A DNA stretch of 63,939 nt, filler included, from Polymyxa betae A26-41 (taxonomy: Eukaryota; Protista; Endomyxa: Phytomyxea): the NCBI GenBank assembly GCA_003693705.1. It is 7 parts of 7 records of this genome, joined end to end, with 100 filler letters (N's around TTAATTAATTAA, not from the genome) between each part and the next. Parts side by side here need not be neighbours in the genome. Positions count along the whole stretch, not along the records: positions 1 to 23,570 come from RBZT01000412.1; 6 more parts are not named here. One strand, 5' to 3'. Each line of letters starts with the position of its first letter. Position 1 is the stretch's first letter. Positions 1 to 12,300 of this stretch are shown here, piece after piece. The notes under the pieces are model-generated. The model was not told where the DNA came from, searched no databases, and was given only the letters and a program-made list of their open reading frames with translations. The translations under genes were made by a program, and so were the position numbers.

Positions 1-423
1 AGACCGGTTATTCCGTCACGGAGTCCATTTGAGTCCGTGGCGGAGTTCGTCCTGAATATAGGGCCGTTTATATATATAATAAAATAAGAGTCTTTTTCTG
101 GAAATATTCTACAAAAATTGACACACTGGACAGATAAAATGGAAAAGCGCGCAGCTAGTTCGACTCTTGCAGGATGAAATCGATCAAGGACAAGGCTCGG
201 ATGGAAATTTCAAGCCTGCTGTTTGGACCAGCATCTTGCAAAGATTCAACAAGAAAATGAACGTGCCGTTATCGGTAACTCAGATCAAAGACAAGTACAG
301 TATGAAGCTGTAAAATTTTGGCCGGAATTGAGTTTGAGTTAATTATAACCTGTAATTAGTTGAAAGCGAACTATAAAGGTCTATCCGGGCTCGGCTGCGA
401 TCCAGTCAACCAGTGTGTCACCT

Positions 424-1388
424 TGTAGTGCGATCTCTAACGGTGTCTGAGACGCAAAGAAATCGGTAGTTTATAAAACAAACCGATTCTTAAAATGAAT
501 CGGGGCCGGGGTTACTGCAGGCCGGTTTAAATTTGGTAATCTATTTATATACCAAAATTAAGCAAAATTAATTTAAAAGTTGCCAAAATTAACCCAAAAC
601 TTTGATAAAACATTAGCCGAATTGGTATATTGCGAGATTCTCAGAACTGGCCAGTCGAAGAGAAATCTCCATCCGTCTTTCCTGCATATCTAGGTAAGCT
701 TTGCGGAAAAGAATTTCGACCTTTGCTGCAAGCCTGCGACGATTCCGTGACAGATTTTCAAACGTGTTGAGTCAGAATACCTCGGAGCAGATAGAGCATT
801 TTAAAGCTTATCAAACCGAATCGACAGTGAAAAGTGCTCAAAATGAAAGCAGCGATTCGTCTTTTGAGAAGAATTGTGAAAGGAAGATTTCCCTTTCTTC
901 GATCATTTGCGGGGGCCCTTTTCACCGTTTTCCCAAACACTTCCTCCGTTGAATCGGATTTCTCGGTGTTTTGGATGGGAGAAATTCAAGATGAGCATCG
1001 CGATTCGCGAGACTCTCCAGCCTGTTTTTAGAAGGCATCATGCAAGATAAACAGTTTTGAATAATTGTCCAAAAGATGAAGCAGGCCGGTTGGCAACAGT
1101 TTTCTCTTTTTTTTCACCTACAGATGTCGATTCTTAGGGATTTACCAAAATTCAGCAAAATAACGCAGGACAAATACCAAAATTAACTTTTTTTAGTTTT
1201 GATAATTACCAAAAATAAACCGGCCTGGGTTACTGGAATTCAGGATGGGTGCTGGTCCCGGTCCTTGAGCAGTATCATGTTCCGGCGTCGGGATTAGCTT
1301 CGGACGGAAGCACCGAGGCGGCTCGGGACAGGCGGTCGGGTACGGGGCGCAGCCGCCGATGGTAGGGTTTAGGGCTGGCCGCGCTACA
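424..1388. mobile_element. Probable solo LTR (about 250 bp net) containing a nested hAT MITE
   Basis: Ends TGTAGTGCG...CGCGCTACA (TG..CA, inverted). It interrupts the Myb-like reading frame. Flanks ACCT/AGCT are an imperfect 4-bp TSD. Confidence 0.5.
518..1227. mobile_element. Non-autonomous hAT element (MITE)
   Basis: Imperfect TIRs CAGGCCGGTTTAAATTTGGTAAT / ATTACCAAAAATAAACCGGCCTG; perfect 8-bp TSD GGTTACTG (510-517, 1228-1235). Confidence 0.9.
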
Positions 1389-1639
1389 AGCTCTTCCGAA
1401 GAAGTTTGGGATGGTTTACAAGAGGTTAATACTTCAAAAACTTGCAATCCAATCGATTATCAACTGACAGCTTGCAGGCGCACAAGAAGTACAGTAAAAT
1501 AGTGAGATTCGAGAGTCTGGTCTGCCTATTCGAGGTTACTGTGGCTACCGGCGCCGAAGCGGTCTCGATGACGCAGATCGACGAATCTGTCTCCACGCCT
1601 GCCACAACATCAGCATTGCAATTGCAGGCAAACTGAACA

Positions 1640-2660
1640 TGCTGGTGATATGACAGGCTGTATTACTGTTACGTGCAGCTTGTTGCGACTATAGCAGTGA
1701 TGATTTCGGCTTGTCTGGGACTTCGGATCCAAGCCCAGTTCCTAAACTGTCCCAACTGCATGAACGGTCGCCGGGCGCGACCGATAAATTGTTAGCACTC
1801 AGGCGAAATCAGCATGCCTAAAACGTTGAAGAGGCGCAACCGATCTGCAACTGGAGAACGTGGTCCAAATCTTCTACACCAGAAGTGCTGGGATCCTGAT
1901 TGCACAAACCCTCGAACGATTGGTCGAAAGCCACGGCCAGCCGGTAAAGAAAGATGAATCTGCTGACAACCTCGACTTCGGCAACATAGGGAAAACCATA
2001 TTCTTCACCGATGTTACCTTGATAAGCTGTCTGCCCATGAATGGCAATGGCTTACGACGTTCTATCGGAGCCGAACAAATCCTCTTTATTCATCAGGATG
2101 CCAGATTATGTTCCCAGGATAAATGGATCAGGCGCCAGATTACCATTATGGACTCCATCATCTCGCACCGGTTGACCTCCTCGGGTAGCCTTTGGGACTA
2201 GAAATAGATTTTCAGCGATTTAGGACACCATAGACACTGTGCTGAGGGCAATTTCATCTCTGAAACGTTTGGCACAAAGTTTCAGCGGAGCCACCAACCT
2301 TTTTACTGACGCTACGACAATTGCTTTGTCGTGATCAGTCACGAAGAGCGCGTCGTTGAGCCGCACGCATCCAGAAATAAATGTCTGTTTCGTTGTCGGC
2401 GATCAGGTTGTGCAAGATACAGAGCACGTACACACAGAAGATAATATCAAACATCAGCTCGTCGAAAGCAAATGCCGCTGTGTGATCTGTGATTCGTCGA
2501 AAGCTTACTCAGGCGCCATCGTTAGAACCGGAAAACGCTGCTTTAAGATGACAAAGATCCGCTTAATTGCATTTCGAGAATACCTCAAATTGAACTGCAC
2601 TTTTGCGTTTTGTAGACGCTGGCTGCATAGACTCCATTCAAGCAGGTGATAGCGAACGCT
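1640..2660 (-). pseudogene. Degraded Mutator (MULE)-like transposase fragment
   Basis: Minus-strand DALFVTDHDKAIVVAS resembles the MULE 'vTD.d.al..av' catalytic-region motif. Many stops and frameshifts; boundaries approximate. Confidence 0.45.
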
Positions 2661-3133
2661 TCGGTATGGAGTGTGTCAATATAAAGAGATGTTACCTGTA
2701 ACATAGCTTAGTGCATGAAAGCACTGGAAGAGTGAATGGTGGAACTTACTCTTTTCAAGAATGGCGGAAAATACTGCCGCAGCAAGAATGAGCGACACGA
2801 GAGAGTAACGACACCGAAGACTGAACCGGATGTTAGGATGACGAGCGTTGAACCCGATTCCAGCCGAGAAACAGAAGTGACCGAGAGCAGCTTGGATTCG
2901 GCGGGAGATGATCAAAATCGGAGCGTGCATGAAGATGAGGTGCCTGCAGAGGAAGTCACTGAAAAGCGACGTCGCCCAACGCCCATCCGTTTCATGTATG
3001 AATTCGCTTTAGAGCAAGGGCACCGGGCGCAATTATCATTATCATCACATATAAAATTTTTATAAGTTTAAGGGTTTGTTCGGGGTCCCCACCGGATCAC
3101 AGAATCATTAAATATGTTCAATCTAGACGGTGG

Positions 3134-4411
3134 TTGTCCTTTCTAAAAAGTGAAAGTAGCAGCGACAGCGACAGCGACGATGAACTACTGCTGCTTATGC
3201 TTGATGAGTCCGACAGCGAAGATACCCTCGATGAAGAAATCTGCTATCAACCTTGTCGGAAACCGAACAAAGATCGTAAGAGGGAGCTATATGATTCGTT
3301 GCTTTTCCATGATTACTGGGGACCCAATCCAACTTACACTAAACAAGACTTTCGCAACAGTTTCCGAATCCCAATTGAACTGTTTGATGAATTCGTTACT
3401 CGTATCCAGCAGCAGGATCCATACTTCATTCAGAAACGTGATGCTTGCAAGAAAAAAGGGCTCAGTGCAAGACAAAAAATAGCTTGTGTGCTAGAATCCT
3501 TGCTAGCGGATCTTCAGCTCAGCAAAAGGACGATCACAACAGGATGGGAAAGTTTACAATTCTAGAAACCGTTAGACGGTTCTGCAATGCGATTGATGCA
3601 ATATATGCCGAAAAGGCATTACGCTCTCCAACCATTGACGATATGCACCGAATTCTCGAACGAATCGCTAGAAGATGGTTGGCCTGGCTGTCTAGGATCT
3701 ATAGACTGCATGAACTGGGCTTGGAAACTTCTGAATGGGCAGGGATGTTCACGGGTAAAGAAGGTTGTCCGACAGTGAAGCTTGAAAGGATAGCTGACAG
3801 CCGATGCCGATTTTGGCATTTCTTCTTTGGGTTGCCGGGCTCGCTAAACGACATTAATGTCCTAGACCGTTCTCCCCCTCTGAACGATGCGTTCAACGGC
3901 AAAGCTCCAACAATTGTGTATCGCGTAAACGGTAATGAATATACTGCTCCTTACTGGTTGGCTGACGGTATATATCCCAATCACCATTTTTTCGTCAAGA
4001 CTGTTGCAAATCCCAAAAACAGAAAGGAGAAGAAATTTTCCGAGCAACAGGAATCCAAACGAAAGGACATAGAGAGAGCTTTCGGCATTTACAAGCAAGG
4101 TTTCACATTTTACAACACCATGCAAGCTTCGGTCGCGAGACGCTATGCGACAGGTCATGAAAACGTGATTGATTCTTCATAATCTAATTCTGGATTTCGA
4201 GGCGGAAAACGGGATGGATTCGACTTATATCGATCATGAAGCTTACTTACCAGAGCATCCGTTTGTTTTGTTGGACAACAGCAATGCTCGTCCAATCTCC
4301 GATATCGAAAAAATGATTAACATATCAAAGATCAAAGACACCGGCAATCATTTTAAACTAAGATCTGATTTAGTTGAGCACTTTTGGAACGTTCTGGGCT
4401 CGACTGCATAA
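3134..4411 (+). pseudogene. PIF/Harbinger DDE transposase, frameshifted
   Basis: GWPGCLGSIDCMNWAW, GSLNDINVLDRSP, YWLADGIYP and RKDIERAFG motifs spread over several frames. Confidence 0.9.
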
Positions 4412-5324
4412 AGTTTGTCTTTAGGTTATACTGTGTTGACTTCGTCACCTTTCAATAAAGCCAAGCGTTTCTTCTTCTCTGCTAATCGCAGACGAGCATC
4501 AATTCAGGTCTCTTCTTGCTTCACTTTGAAAAATTCCTTCGCCTCTATAGACTCAGGGATCATCGAAAAGAGAGAAAGGGTATACTGCTCCTTCTTTAGC
4601 TTGGCCCGACGATCACCGTTCTCAGCGATGCGCTGGTAAAGCAAATCCTTTGCACGACTGGCGTGGTTGGTCCGGATCATCTCGAATTTGAGTTTCTTGG
4701 CAGCCTTCTTCCCGATTTGGGGTCGTGATGCCATTCTCAGTGATCGATTAGAGCTCGAAGAAGCCGGCGTTTGCTTAATATCTCTGCCGTCCAAGGTTTC
4801 TAGAGGCTGAGCCGCTGCCTCTTCAGAATCATCCATGATGTCAAGTTCTAACGCCCGCTTCATTTCCTTGCTCATTCCTTCCACATTAATGCTGAATTTA
4901 GGCATCTTCTTCACCACCATCCAGCACAGATCGTGAATAAAGGGCGTGTTGACGTCAGTTTGGTTGTACTGCTTGACTAGTACCATGTAGTCATGTAAAG
5001 ACCAGCCAGAATGATACTCAGACACTGCTCGATTCATGCATGCACTGAACTTCAGCAAGGCTTTCTGAATAGCATTTATCCATCTCGTTTTTATGGCGGC
5101 AGCTGTTCTGTCCTGAATTTTTACATCCCCAATAATTAGGTCGACTCTTGCTTTACCTTGCCATAGTATTCGTCGGTATCTTGATCTATACCAATCGCAG
5201 GGTCAGAAGTTGCTTTTTGATAGGCTTTTGTGACATCCAAATCTTCGGTTGACGAGAAATTCTTGACACCAGATTGCTTGCCCTTTCTACGAGCAGCGAC
5301 ATCGACGACATCGGTCTGCTGCAT
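4410..5324 (-). pseudogene. PIF/Harbinger accessory Myb-like/NAM-associated protein
   Basis: NFSSTEDLDVTKAY..TSDPAIGIDQ, (intron) RTAAAIKTRW, CWMVVKKMPKF and RPQIGKKAAK; convergent with the transposase inside the TIRs. Confidence 0.8.
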
Positions 5325-5765
5325 TGTATGATGCTACAAATCAAACCAACTATCAAATTTAATACGCAATGTAAGGATTCATTTTAAATTTTAATGTTTG
5401 GGATATTGTCTGATGGTTCCCGGTGGAAGACGAAATCATTTAATTTCTCATTATTTTATTGATAATGATAATGCTAATTGCCCACGGTGCCCTTGCTCTT
5501 AGCAGTTTAAAGTGGTGGCACAGCGGAGCCGGAATCTGTCCAAGAAGCATTAAAGTCGCGATACTGGCAGAAAGCGATGGCTGAGGAATTCGAAGCACTG
5601 GCTCGGAACTCTGCGTGGGAACTGGTGCCAGTCCCTGTCGGACATCTTTTAAAGTGAAGACAGACGCGAATGGCCATGTCCAACGTTATAAGGCGCGCTA
5701 TGTCGCTCGCGGATTCACCCAACGACCGGGAATCGACTTTGTGGAGACGACATCACCGGCGGTAT

Positions 5766-6245
5766 TAGGGCTCCGACCGGGTACTAACGGGTCGGGTACC
5801 TGCCTCTATCCGGTACCCGTCATACAAAATCCAAAAAAGGTTGCAAACAGAAAAAAAGATGATGGGACTTTATTTTTTAAGACAGTACTTTCTTTGAAAC
5901 CAGAAAGCTTCTCTTCTTTGATGTTTGGTCAAAGAAGAGAAGCTTTCTGGTTTCAAAGAATGTCGCCGAAGCCCAATCACGTCACGGCTGCACTTGAATA
6001 TTCGCTCGACAGCGACTGAAAAGCCCGGAATCGATAAAAATGTCTTTTTCCAGTAATTTAACGGATCAACTGCAGGATCCTCACATCGTAAATCGAAGTA
6101 ATTATCAACGCGCAGAAACAAAGTCCGTGCCTATCAAACTACCCAACGGGTAGTCGGGTCGGGTACCACACCCTATCCGGTACCCGACCCGACCAGTACC
6201 CGACCCGGTTTTTCCGAATACTACACGTACCCGGTCGGAGCCCTA
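5766..6245 (-). mobile_element. Non-autonomous hAT element with a remnant of the hAT C-terminal dimerization domain
   Basis: 19-bp perfect TIR TAGGGCTCCGACCGGGTAC; 8-bp TSD GGCGGTAT (5758-5765, 6246-6253); DPLNYWKK...SVAVERIFKCSRDVIGLRRHSLKPE on the minus strand; subterminal ACCCG repeats. Confidence 0.93.
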
Positions 6246-7566
6246 GGCGGTATCACCAACAAGCCTTCGGATGCTGTTGTCGATGGCGGCGAAGCAAGAT
6301 TTATATGGAGATAAAACAGCTAGACGTTGATTCAGCATTCCTTTATGGGCAATTACCTAGACGAAGATATCTACCTCGAACAACCTCAAGGATTTGTGAA
6401 AACCGGTTCGAACGGCGAGAGGCTGGTATGCAAGCTTCGTAAAGCCACTTACGGCCTCAAGCAGGCGGGAAGGGTTTAATGGAAGCTGATTGACGCAGAG
6501 TTAAAGAAGATGGGTTTTCGCAGCTCAACAAGCGATGCCTGCCCTTACTATCGCTACGTTGATGGTTTTGTCGTTCTGATTGCAATCTACGTTGATGACC
6601 TGGTTAAAGCATCTAAGTCTATGCAACAGATTAAGAAGTTGGAGATCACTTTAAAGGAAAAGTTTTTGATGAAGCCCATGGGCGATATCAACCACGTTCT
6701 TGGTAAGAAAGTTCAGCGCGATCGGGCGATGATGACGTTGATGATAAGTCAATCAGCCTACGCTCAGACGGTGTTGGAGAGGTTCGACATGGCAGACTGT
6801 CGACAGATCTCAACCCCGATTGCGACGGGAGCCGTACTGGAGCCGAACGATGGACCTGCAGCACTTTATCAGTATCAGCAGGCGGTTGGCTCGTTGGTGT
6901 ACCTGGCCATGGGCACGAGGCCGAACATCGCGTATGGCGTCGGCCTGGTATCACGATTCGCAAGCAATCCGGGCGAGCAGCACGTGAAGGCAGTCAAACA
7001 GCTGATGTGCTACATCCGGAACACAGTCGACATGGGCATACTGTTCGGCGGGAGCGACGACGACGGGTTTGTTGGCTTCGTCGACGCCGACTTTGCCGGG
7101 TGTACGACGACACGACAGTCGACGAGTGGCTCTATCTTCAAACGATTCGGAGGCGCAGTTTGTTGGGCCAGCCGTCGTCAAGAGTGTGCGACCTTATCGA
7201 CCACTGAGGCCGAATACGTGGCACTATGCTCAACTTTAAGGGAACCCTGCAACCAACTAAGCAATCTAAGCGCTTAGATTGCTTAGTTGGTTCCCACACC
7301 GATACAGCCCACGACTATATATCAGGATAACATGTCCATTATCGAGGTGGCGAATAACGGGAACGTTTCGAAACGCTCGAAGCATACCGATGCTCCATTT
7401 CATTATATTCGCGACAATACTGAAGAGCGTACAATCAAGTTACAGTATTGCCCTACCAATTTAATGATCGCTGATGCAATGACGAATGCATTGGCGCCAG
7501 ATTGGTTCGCTTCCCATTGTGAGATGTTCCTTGCCCAGATGACTTCACGTGACGCTCGGGCGGGAG

Positions 7567-7925
7567 TGTTTGGGAAGGCGAGCTTTCAGTGACCTGCATT
7601 CGGGTTGCGCCGTCGGGAATCCGGACAAACGGTCGGAATCTCCCAACAGCCCGTTTTTTGTTTGACTACGTTATGAATACACTCACTTCCAATATTAAAC
7701 CCTTTGTGTATTGCTACCAATTAGGGATCGCAATAACGAGGAACGGCCGGGCTAATTTAGCTTTCCAGCAGGCATCAGGCAGTCCTCGAAGTGAAGTCGT
7801 TGCTTCGAGCCCGGACCAACCTGCTCACAGAGTTCTTTTGCCTCTCTCTCATCCCGTTTCGTTTACTTTTTCATCTCTTTACTACGGGTCTTCCGACCCC
7901 CCCTGTTCGTCTTAGTCCAGCAACA
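7567..7925 (+). repeat. 3' LTR of the Copia fragment
   Basis: Follows the GGGCGGGAG purine tract; TGTT...AACA termini. Confidence 0.7.
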
Positions 7926-7929
7926 GAGT

Positions 7930-9300
7930 GAGATTCGAAAGGATCCCCTCAATATGTTGAAGTACTGCGTCCTGCTTGCTCATTTAAGAAGCGTGAGACC
8001 GGAGACAATCGATGGCAAATCGTTGGCAGCTTGGACTTCTGAGAATTTACTTCTCCACCCTGAGCTGACATTAGACAGTCCTGTCAAGATTCATCCAAAT
8101 ACGGCTCTGCTGATGATTGCAAAATTTAGGCCTTCTCAGCTCTGAGCACAAGAAAGGAACCTATCCTGACGGGCATGAACAGCCTGACGTCGTTGCCCAT
8201 CGGCAACAGTAGGCTTTCCTTTTCCTCAATTATGCTTTTTCTTAGAAATGGTTCAGGTTCGTCGCCGATTTCCAGCAGTTGCAGTTAAAAATGGATATCT
8301 ATGACGGCGAAAACATGGAGATCGTTGTTCCACCAGTTCTTGATGATGGGGAGCGCAAGCTGGTGCTGGTCACCCATGACGAGACAACTTTCGACTCAAA
8401 CGATGGGAAACGGAAAGTCTGGATTGAGTCCGGTAAGCAGCATTTACGTCCAAAGGGAGCAGGGAAATCAATAATGGTTTCACAACTCATGTGCCCATGT
8501 CACGGACATATGGAAGTTGAAGTGACAGAAGATATCTTGAATCGCTATCCAGTTCTGAATGCTCCTGTTGGCTCGTTTGCTGCAACTTTACGCACCCTTA
8601 TGCCTGGCAAACACTCAGATTGTTGGTGAAGTAACCAGGACCTCGTGGACCAACTCAAACAGACGATCATCGTCTTCGAAATATTGCATCCCGACTGTGT
8701 CGCATTATTCGCTTTCGATAATTCTTCCAATCACCACAAATATGCGCCGGACGCTCTCAAGGCCCGTTATCTGACCAAGTCAGATGGAGGAAAAAATGTC
8801 CCTTTACTCCGTCCTGGCTGGTTTCTGAAAGACGGGAGCCGGGTTGTCCACACGATGCAAGTTTCAACTAATGGACAGTTGAAACGAAAAGGAATTCAAC
8901 GAATTCTGCAAGAAAGGGGGCTGGGCTCTGGAATTGCAACATGCAACTTGCAGCAGGTAGGCAATTGCTGGACGAACAACCTGATTTTGCATCCCAAAAG
9001 GAGTGGCTGGAAGAAACCGTTTCGGCAAAGGGACAGCGGATAATTTTTTAGCCGAAGTTTCATCCGGAGTACAACTGGATCGAAATGTTCTGGTGGTCCA
9101 CAAAGAGGTACACCAGAAAGCACTGCACATACAAATTCAAAGATCTGGAAAATATGATTCCGATTGCTCTGAAGGTAACATCATTGTCTTCGATGAGAAA
9201 GTTTGCTAGGAAATGCTTTCGCTATATCGATATATACGCCTCCGGTATTCAACTGACACCTAGAGCGGTTTCGTCAGATAACGCGATCAAGTTGCTACGG
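7930..9300 (+). pseudogene. IS630/Tc1/mariner-superfamily DDE transposase remnant
   Basis: YPDGHEQPDVV, VTHDETTF, RPKGAGKSIMVS, FAFDNSSNH, KFHPE..NWIEMFW and FARKCFRYIDIY; frameshifted. Confidence 0.8.
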
Positions 9301-9304
9301 AAAT

Positions 9305-12300
9305 AGTTAAATAGTATAGGCAGAAGGCGTTGAATATAACCAAGTGATGTATTGAATAGTAATAGAAGGATAAATATCTACTGTGACTGAAGTAGCTTGC
9401 ATGTTGGTGTGAGGTTTAACTCGCCCCCTCAACGGCAGAGCTACGTGGCATGACCCCAAGACGCTCCCGAAACAAATTAAACTTTGTCCGACCTAATGGT
9501 TTTGTAAATATATCAGCCATGTTATCGTTTGTCGAAATTTGCACTGGTAGTATATCGGAAGCGCTCACAAGGTCTCGTATAAAGTACTTCCGAACGTTAA
9601 TGTGTCGTTAATGTGTCTCATCTTTGACTGATGCCCCTCATTCCTTGCGAAAGAAATTGCGCCGGTGATATCGCAAAACAGAGTTGTTGGCTTTTTTTGC
9701 TCGAATCCGAGTTCGTTGAGGACTTGTCGAAGCGGGATGATGACTTTCGCTGCCATCGACATGGCAACAGTCTCAGCTTCGCATGATGAAGGAGCTGTGC
9801 AGCTCTGCCGCTTACTGGCATAAGCGATCGGGTTTCCGTTTAGGAGCACTGTATGGCCGGATGTTGATTTGAAAATATCCTAATCGCCTGCCAGTCTGAA
9901 TCTGTATAAGCTGTCAGCTTGAGTTCCGTTGAGTCAGATCTTCTGAACAGCAGGCCATAATCTGACGTTGCTCTTAGATATCGTAAGACTCGTTTTAATG
10001 TTAAGAAGTGATCGTTTCCTGGATTAATGACGAACTTGGATAAGGCATTCACAGCAAATGATATACCAGGTCTTGTCAGCTGTAGGTAGATTAGGCTTCC
10101 AATTGCTTGTCTAAAATCTAACTTTGGCTGTTTCGTTTGAACCTCTCGTTTTTCATGTTCATCTTTTGGGCACATGGTTTTGCTTAATTTCTGGCCGTCG
10201 ACCATTGGGGTAGGGACTGGTTTGCAGTTCTCCATTCGGTATTTAGTTAGTATTTCGGCTATGTAGTCTTTTTGATGTAAGAGAATGGTCTTGGTATCGA
10301 TTCTTTCTAGTTCGATTCCGACACACTTCGATATATTTCCATTGGATGTAGTTATTTTGAATTGTTCTTGAAGTTTTCTTTTGACTACCTCGATGAGTGC
10401 CTTATCCCCGATTAAAGTCAGGTCGTCAACATGAAGACCGAGTATAAGAAACTTTGTCCTTCCCTTTTTATGTACAGGCACTCTGTGGATCTAATCGGCT
10501 GAAATTTCAATTTTTCTCTCAGGTATGCATCGATAACATTGTTGCACTCTCGTGGCGCCTGCTTCAAACCATACATTGATTTTTGCAATTTAACGATTTC
10601 TGCGCCTTGAGGGAGCTTTACACAAATTTCTTCATTAAGTGTTCCGTATAGGAATGCAGTCTGTATGTCCAGTTGTTCCAGGTCGATTTCTGGAATTTCT
10701 ACAAGAAGTTTCAAGATCATCCGTAAGATGTCGCTTCGTATTACTCGTGCAAATGTCTTATCGAAGTCTATTCCTTTCCGTTGTTTGTAGCCTTGAACAA
10801 CGAGTCGGCATTTGAATCGAAGAATCGTTCCGTTCCTAGTTTCTTTCGTAACCCATGATCCATCAGCGGGAATATCGGAGTGCTTATGAATCTTCTTTAG
10901 CTTGAAGATAAACTTGGAGGTAATCGGTTTTTGTGCATTGTGGAATTGATTCCTGACAAATTGATGTCCACGTGCTGTGGGCTTTTAATGATTCAAACTC
11001 TTTGTCGATGGCACGTTTCCAGTATATTGCGTCCTCAGATGCCAGAGCTTGATCGTATGTTAGTGGTGTCGTCACTTCTGATTCCGATTCATCGGCTGTC
11101 TGTGCAGATGCACATCTTGACCAAGCATTTGAAACAGGGTTTCCGTTCCTTTCCGGCAGTCTTTTTTATCTTTTCGGGCGATAATTTCTCGCGGGATCGA
11201 TATCTGCAGAAGCCACATTACTGGACTGATTTGCAGGTGTTTCAATATCAGCTGAAGGCACGCTGTCTGTCGGATCGTGGAATTCAGTGAATTCGATATC
11301 GTTATTCTCAGACTCAATGTATTTTTTTTAGAATCATTATTATCACTCATTTGGATTTTTCGTCTGCGTTGTCCAAATTATCATCATTTTCTGAGCTGTT
11401 ATCATTCGATTTGTTACTGTCTTCATCATCCAAATTGCTACTGTCTTCGTTTTCCGTGGTATTTCCGGTGTCTTCATAATCGCTTTCATCCGAGTCTTCC
11501 TGTAGGTGCTCAAAATGGCTGTCGTAACAGGCATCGTCTTCTTATCGTTTTTGAAGGCGTCTTCTTGGCTTCTGTTTCGAATCCATTCTCATTGAAATCA
11601 ACATGACGACAGGTGATGATCTTTTGTTTTTCAGGATTGAAGAGCTTGTATCCTTTTTGTGTTTCCGAAAAACCCACCATTATCATTTTCTTTGCTTTCG
11701 CTTAGGCTTTGTTTCTTTCACTTTGATCAATATGAGCATAAGCGTCGTATCCGAACACTCTGAGGTATTCAATTGATGGTTTTGTTCCTTGTCGGACCTC
11801 GTGGGGCGTTGTGTTAGGAATTGCTGGATGGGGGCAAATATTAAGAATAAGTGTCGCTGTGAGAACTGCTAGCGATAACTACTTCTTAGGCAATTTAGTT
11901 TGCTGGATCATTGTCCTGGCCATCTCCATTATCGATCTATGCCCTCTTTCAACAATACCGTTTGCTGGGAGCATTTCGGTACGTTCGCCTACCATTCAAT
12001 CCCTTGCTCTGTTAGGGAAGCCTGTACCAGGTGAGATGTAAATTCAGCTGCGTTGTCACCGTGCAGAATTTTTATTTTTCGCCCGGATCTGTTCTCTATT
12101 TTTATGTTGCAGTCTCGGTGGCATTTCAGTACCTCCTCAGTGTTTCTGTCGCGAATCATGTATGTGAAGCGTTTTTGTGATTTGTGTTCTGTAAACGTTA
12201 TAAAGTATCTTTCTCCTGACATTGAGATACCGTTTAATGGCCCTCAAAATGTCAAACCATACTTTGTCAGCCAGTTTATGTTCTCTTTCTTTGGCAGTTT

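Larger units (their letters stand above)
138..1636 (+). pseudogene. Disrupted Myb/SANT-like DNA-binding protein gene (PIF/Harbinger accessory-ORF type), split by insertions
   Basis: Manual translation gives GNFKPAVWTSILQRFNKKMNVPLSVTQIKDKY...LKANYKGLSGLGCDPVNQCVT, resuming after 1389 as SEEVWDGLQE...FESLVCLFEVTVATGAEA. These are Myb/SANT-like motifs, with stops and putative introns. Confidence 0.6.
3012..5498. mobile_element. PIF/Harbinger DNA transposon with two convergent ORFs, decayed
   Basis: TIRs GAGCAAGGGCACC / GGTGCCCTTGCTC; TTA TSD (3009-3011, 5499-5501); encodes a DDE transposase and a Myb-like ORF. Confidence 0.93.
2736..7925 (+). mobile_element. 5'-truncated Ty1/Copia retrotransposon (RT-RNase H-3' LTR), interrupted by a PIF/Harbinger element and a hAT MITE
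   Basis: YKARYVARGFTQRPGIDF, QLDVDSAFL, YGLKQAGR, IYVDDL, FVDADFAG, LSTTEAEY and RSKHTD motifs. Purine tract then LTR TGTT...AACA at 7567-7925. Confidence 0.9.
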
